This document shows positions 62,379 through 64,000 of a stretch of 64,000 nucleotides of DNA, piece by piece. Made by a program: the position numbers and the translations under genes. The notes under the pieces are model-generated. The model did not search any database. It saw only the letters and a list, made by a program, of their open reading frames with translations, and was not told the origin of the DNA. The stretch is from Flaccisagitta enflata. Lineage: Eukaryota. Location of the stretch: the NCBI GenBank assembly GCA_965153355.1, contig OZ231126.1, positions 42,470,001 to 42,534,000 of the forward strand, written 5' to 3'. Within the stretch, counting starts at the first letter, position 1. Each line of letters begins with the position of its first letter.

Positions 62379-62620
62379 CAGTGCAGAGAAAGCGGGCCCG
62401 GAGCCGGAATGGAGCCGGAAGCGGTGGACGCGGTCATTTTGCAGGGACGCGGGCGCGGAGCCGATCAGATTTTTGTGTCATAGGGAAGACGCGGACGCGG
62501 AGCCGTTGACAATCTCAAAACCAAGACGCGGACGCGGACGCGGTTTTTTTTCAACCGCGTCACCGCGGTTTTTTTACAAACGAGTCACCGCATTTTTTTT
62601 TTCCGAGATGTCACCGCGTT
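62379..62620 (+). repeat. GC-rich GGAGCC/GACGCG subterminal-type repeats, possibly one end of a hAT-derived MITE
   Basis: Starts CAGTG and carries repeated hexamers. No matching second end found. Confidence 0.4.
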
Positions 62621-62917
62621 TTTTCTTTCTTTTTTTTTCTTTTTTTTTTCTTTCTGTTTATTTGATTGTTTGTTTGTTTGTTTGTTTGTTTATTTGTTCG
62701 TTTGTTCATTCTTCCCAGTTTATTTCCAATTTCTTTCTTTGTTTCATGTTTCATTTCTTCTTTTCCCTTCTTCTCCCTTCTTTGTTTCTTAGATGGCTTC
62801 TTCGTTGGTTTCTTTGTTTCTTTGTTTTTCTGTTTATTTCTTTGTTCCTTTGTTAATTACTTTCTTGTTTCTTTGTTTTTTGTTTCTTTGTATCCAGCTT
62901 TCTCTCTTTGTTTTTTC

Positions 62918-63007
<90 letters not shown>

Positions 63008-63100
63008 CTTTTTTCTTTTTATACTTTCTTCTTTCATAACACTTGCTTTTCCTCAAAAACGATCATTTGTCGAGAAGTTCGCACACCTCACTATTAAAAG

Positions 63101-63382
63101 TAACAAGGCCGGATACACGGCAATCCAGTTGCGGACGGTTAGGCAGGAGCAGTTATGCAAAAACCGGAAAAACAAATTTTCGAGCTTGATAGAGAGCCCA
63201 CTAAGGTAAAGAACCCAACAAATGATATAAACAAGGCTGGATACACGGCAAGACAGTCACGGATGGTTGGACAGGAGCAGTAATGCAAAAACGGCCTGAA
63301 ATTCAAAAATGTGATTGACCGATGGACTGACGGACCACTGACTTACCGACCGACACAGGTGTAGTCGCGTGTCCGCAACTAA
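63101..63382 (-). mobile_element. Family A element with a duplicated 3' end
   Basis: AACAAGGC(C/T)GGATACACGGCAA twice (63101 and 63230), ending GTCGCGTGTCCGCAACTAA. Confidence 0.65.
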
Positions 63383-63420
63383 TAAGAACACTTCATAAAT
63401 GAACAGCAAAAAGTGCAAAA

Positions 63421-63531
<111 letters not shown>

Positions 63532-64000
63532 CCATCACAAGAGTTCGTTTAAGATATCAACTTAGAAAACCTACAAACTAACAAGACAATTTTTTCTTGC
63601 TTTGTTTTTTTTTCTTCTCTTTGGTCGAGTCTTGTTCGTTTCTTCTTTAATACGTTTTCTTTCTATTTTCTTTTTAAGTCGCGTGCACGCGACTCTACAC
63701 CCCGCTTTGTCCGTCCGTCGGTCGGTCAGTCTGTCGGTCCATCACACTTTTACTTTTCTTATCAATTTTATATCTTTATGTCACTTAAAGTCATTTAAGA
63801 GTATACTGAGTCATTCTAAGTCATTCTAAGGCATTCTAAGTCAATATGTAAGTCTCGCACACGACTTATAGGTTTTGGCTTCTTTTTTTTCTCTTTTTCT
63901 CTCTTTTCTTTCTTATTCCTTTTTTTTTTCTTTTTCGGTCTTTCTTCCGTCTTTTTCTCTCACTTTTTTTTTTTCTTCTTATTTCTGTCATCTGGTTTTA

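Overview
Repeat-rich eukaryotic (animal-like, probably invertebrate) genomic DNA with spliceosomal introns. The species cannot be determined from the sequence. Five host genes can be read by hand: TOP3A exon 1 (minus), a complete 5-exon TLCD4/TMEM56 (minus), an HMGXB4-like terminal exon (minus), a complete 6-exon gamma-glutamylcyclotransferase-like gene with a cytochrome-b5-like C-terminal half (plus), and a complete 10-exon OATP/SLCO transporter (minus). The rest is mostly mobile DNA: an intact two-ORF Jockey/I-group LINE, CR1 and L2-like fragments, a Penelope-like remnant, two minimal hammerhead ribozyme motifs, several Helentron-type (HINE/DINE-like) families, Chapaev-, hAT- and Tc1-like non-autonomous elements, and many microsatellites. 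The most notable signals cluster around the GGCT-like gene. These are a Transib/RAG-like MITE with RSS-like ends that differ by one helical turn, two sense-strand hammerheads, and an inverted MITE pair bracketing exons 1-3. All family assignments come from motifs recalled by eye, not from database searches.
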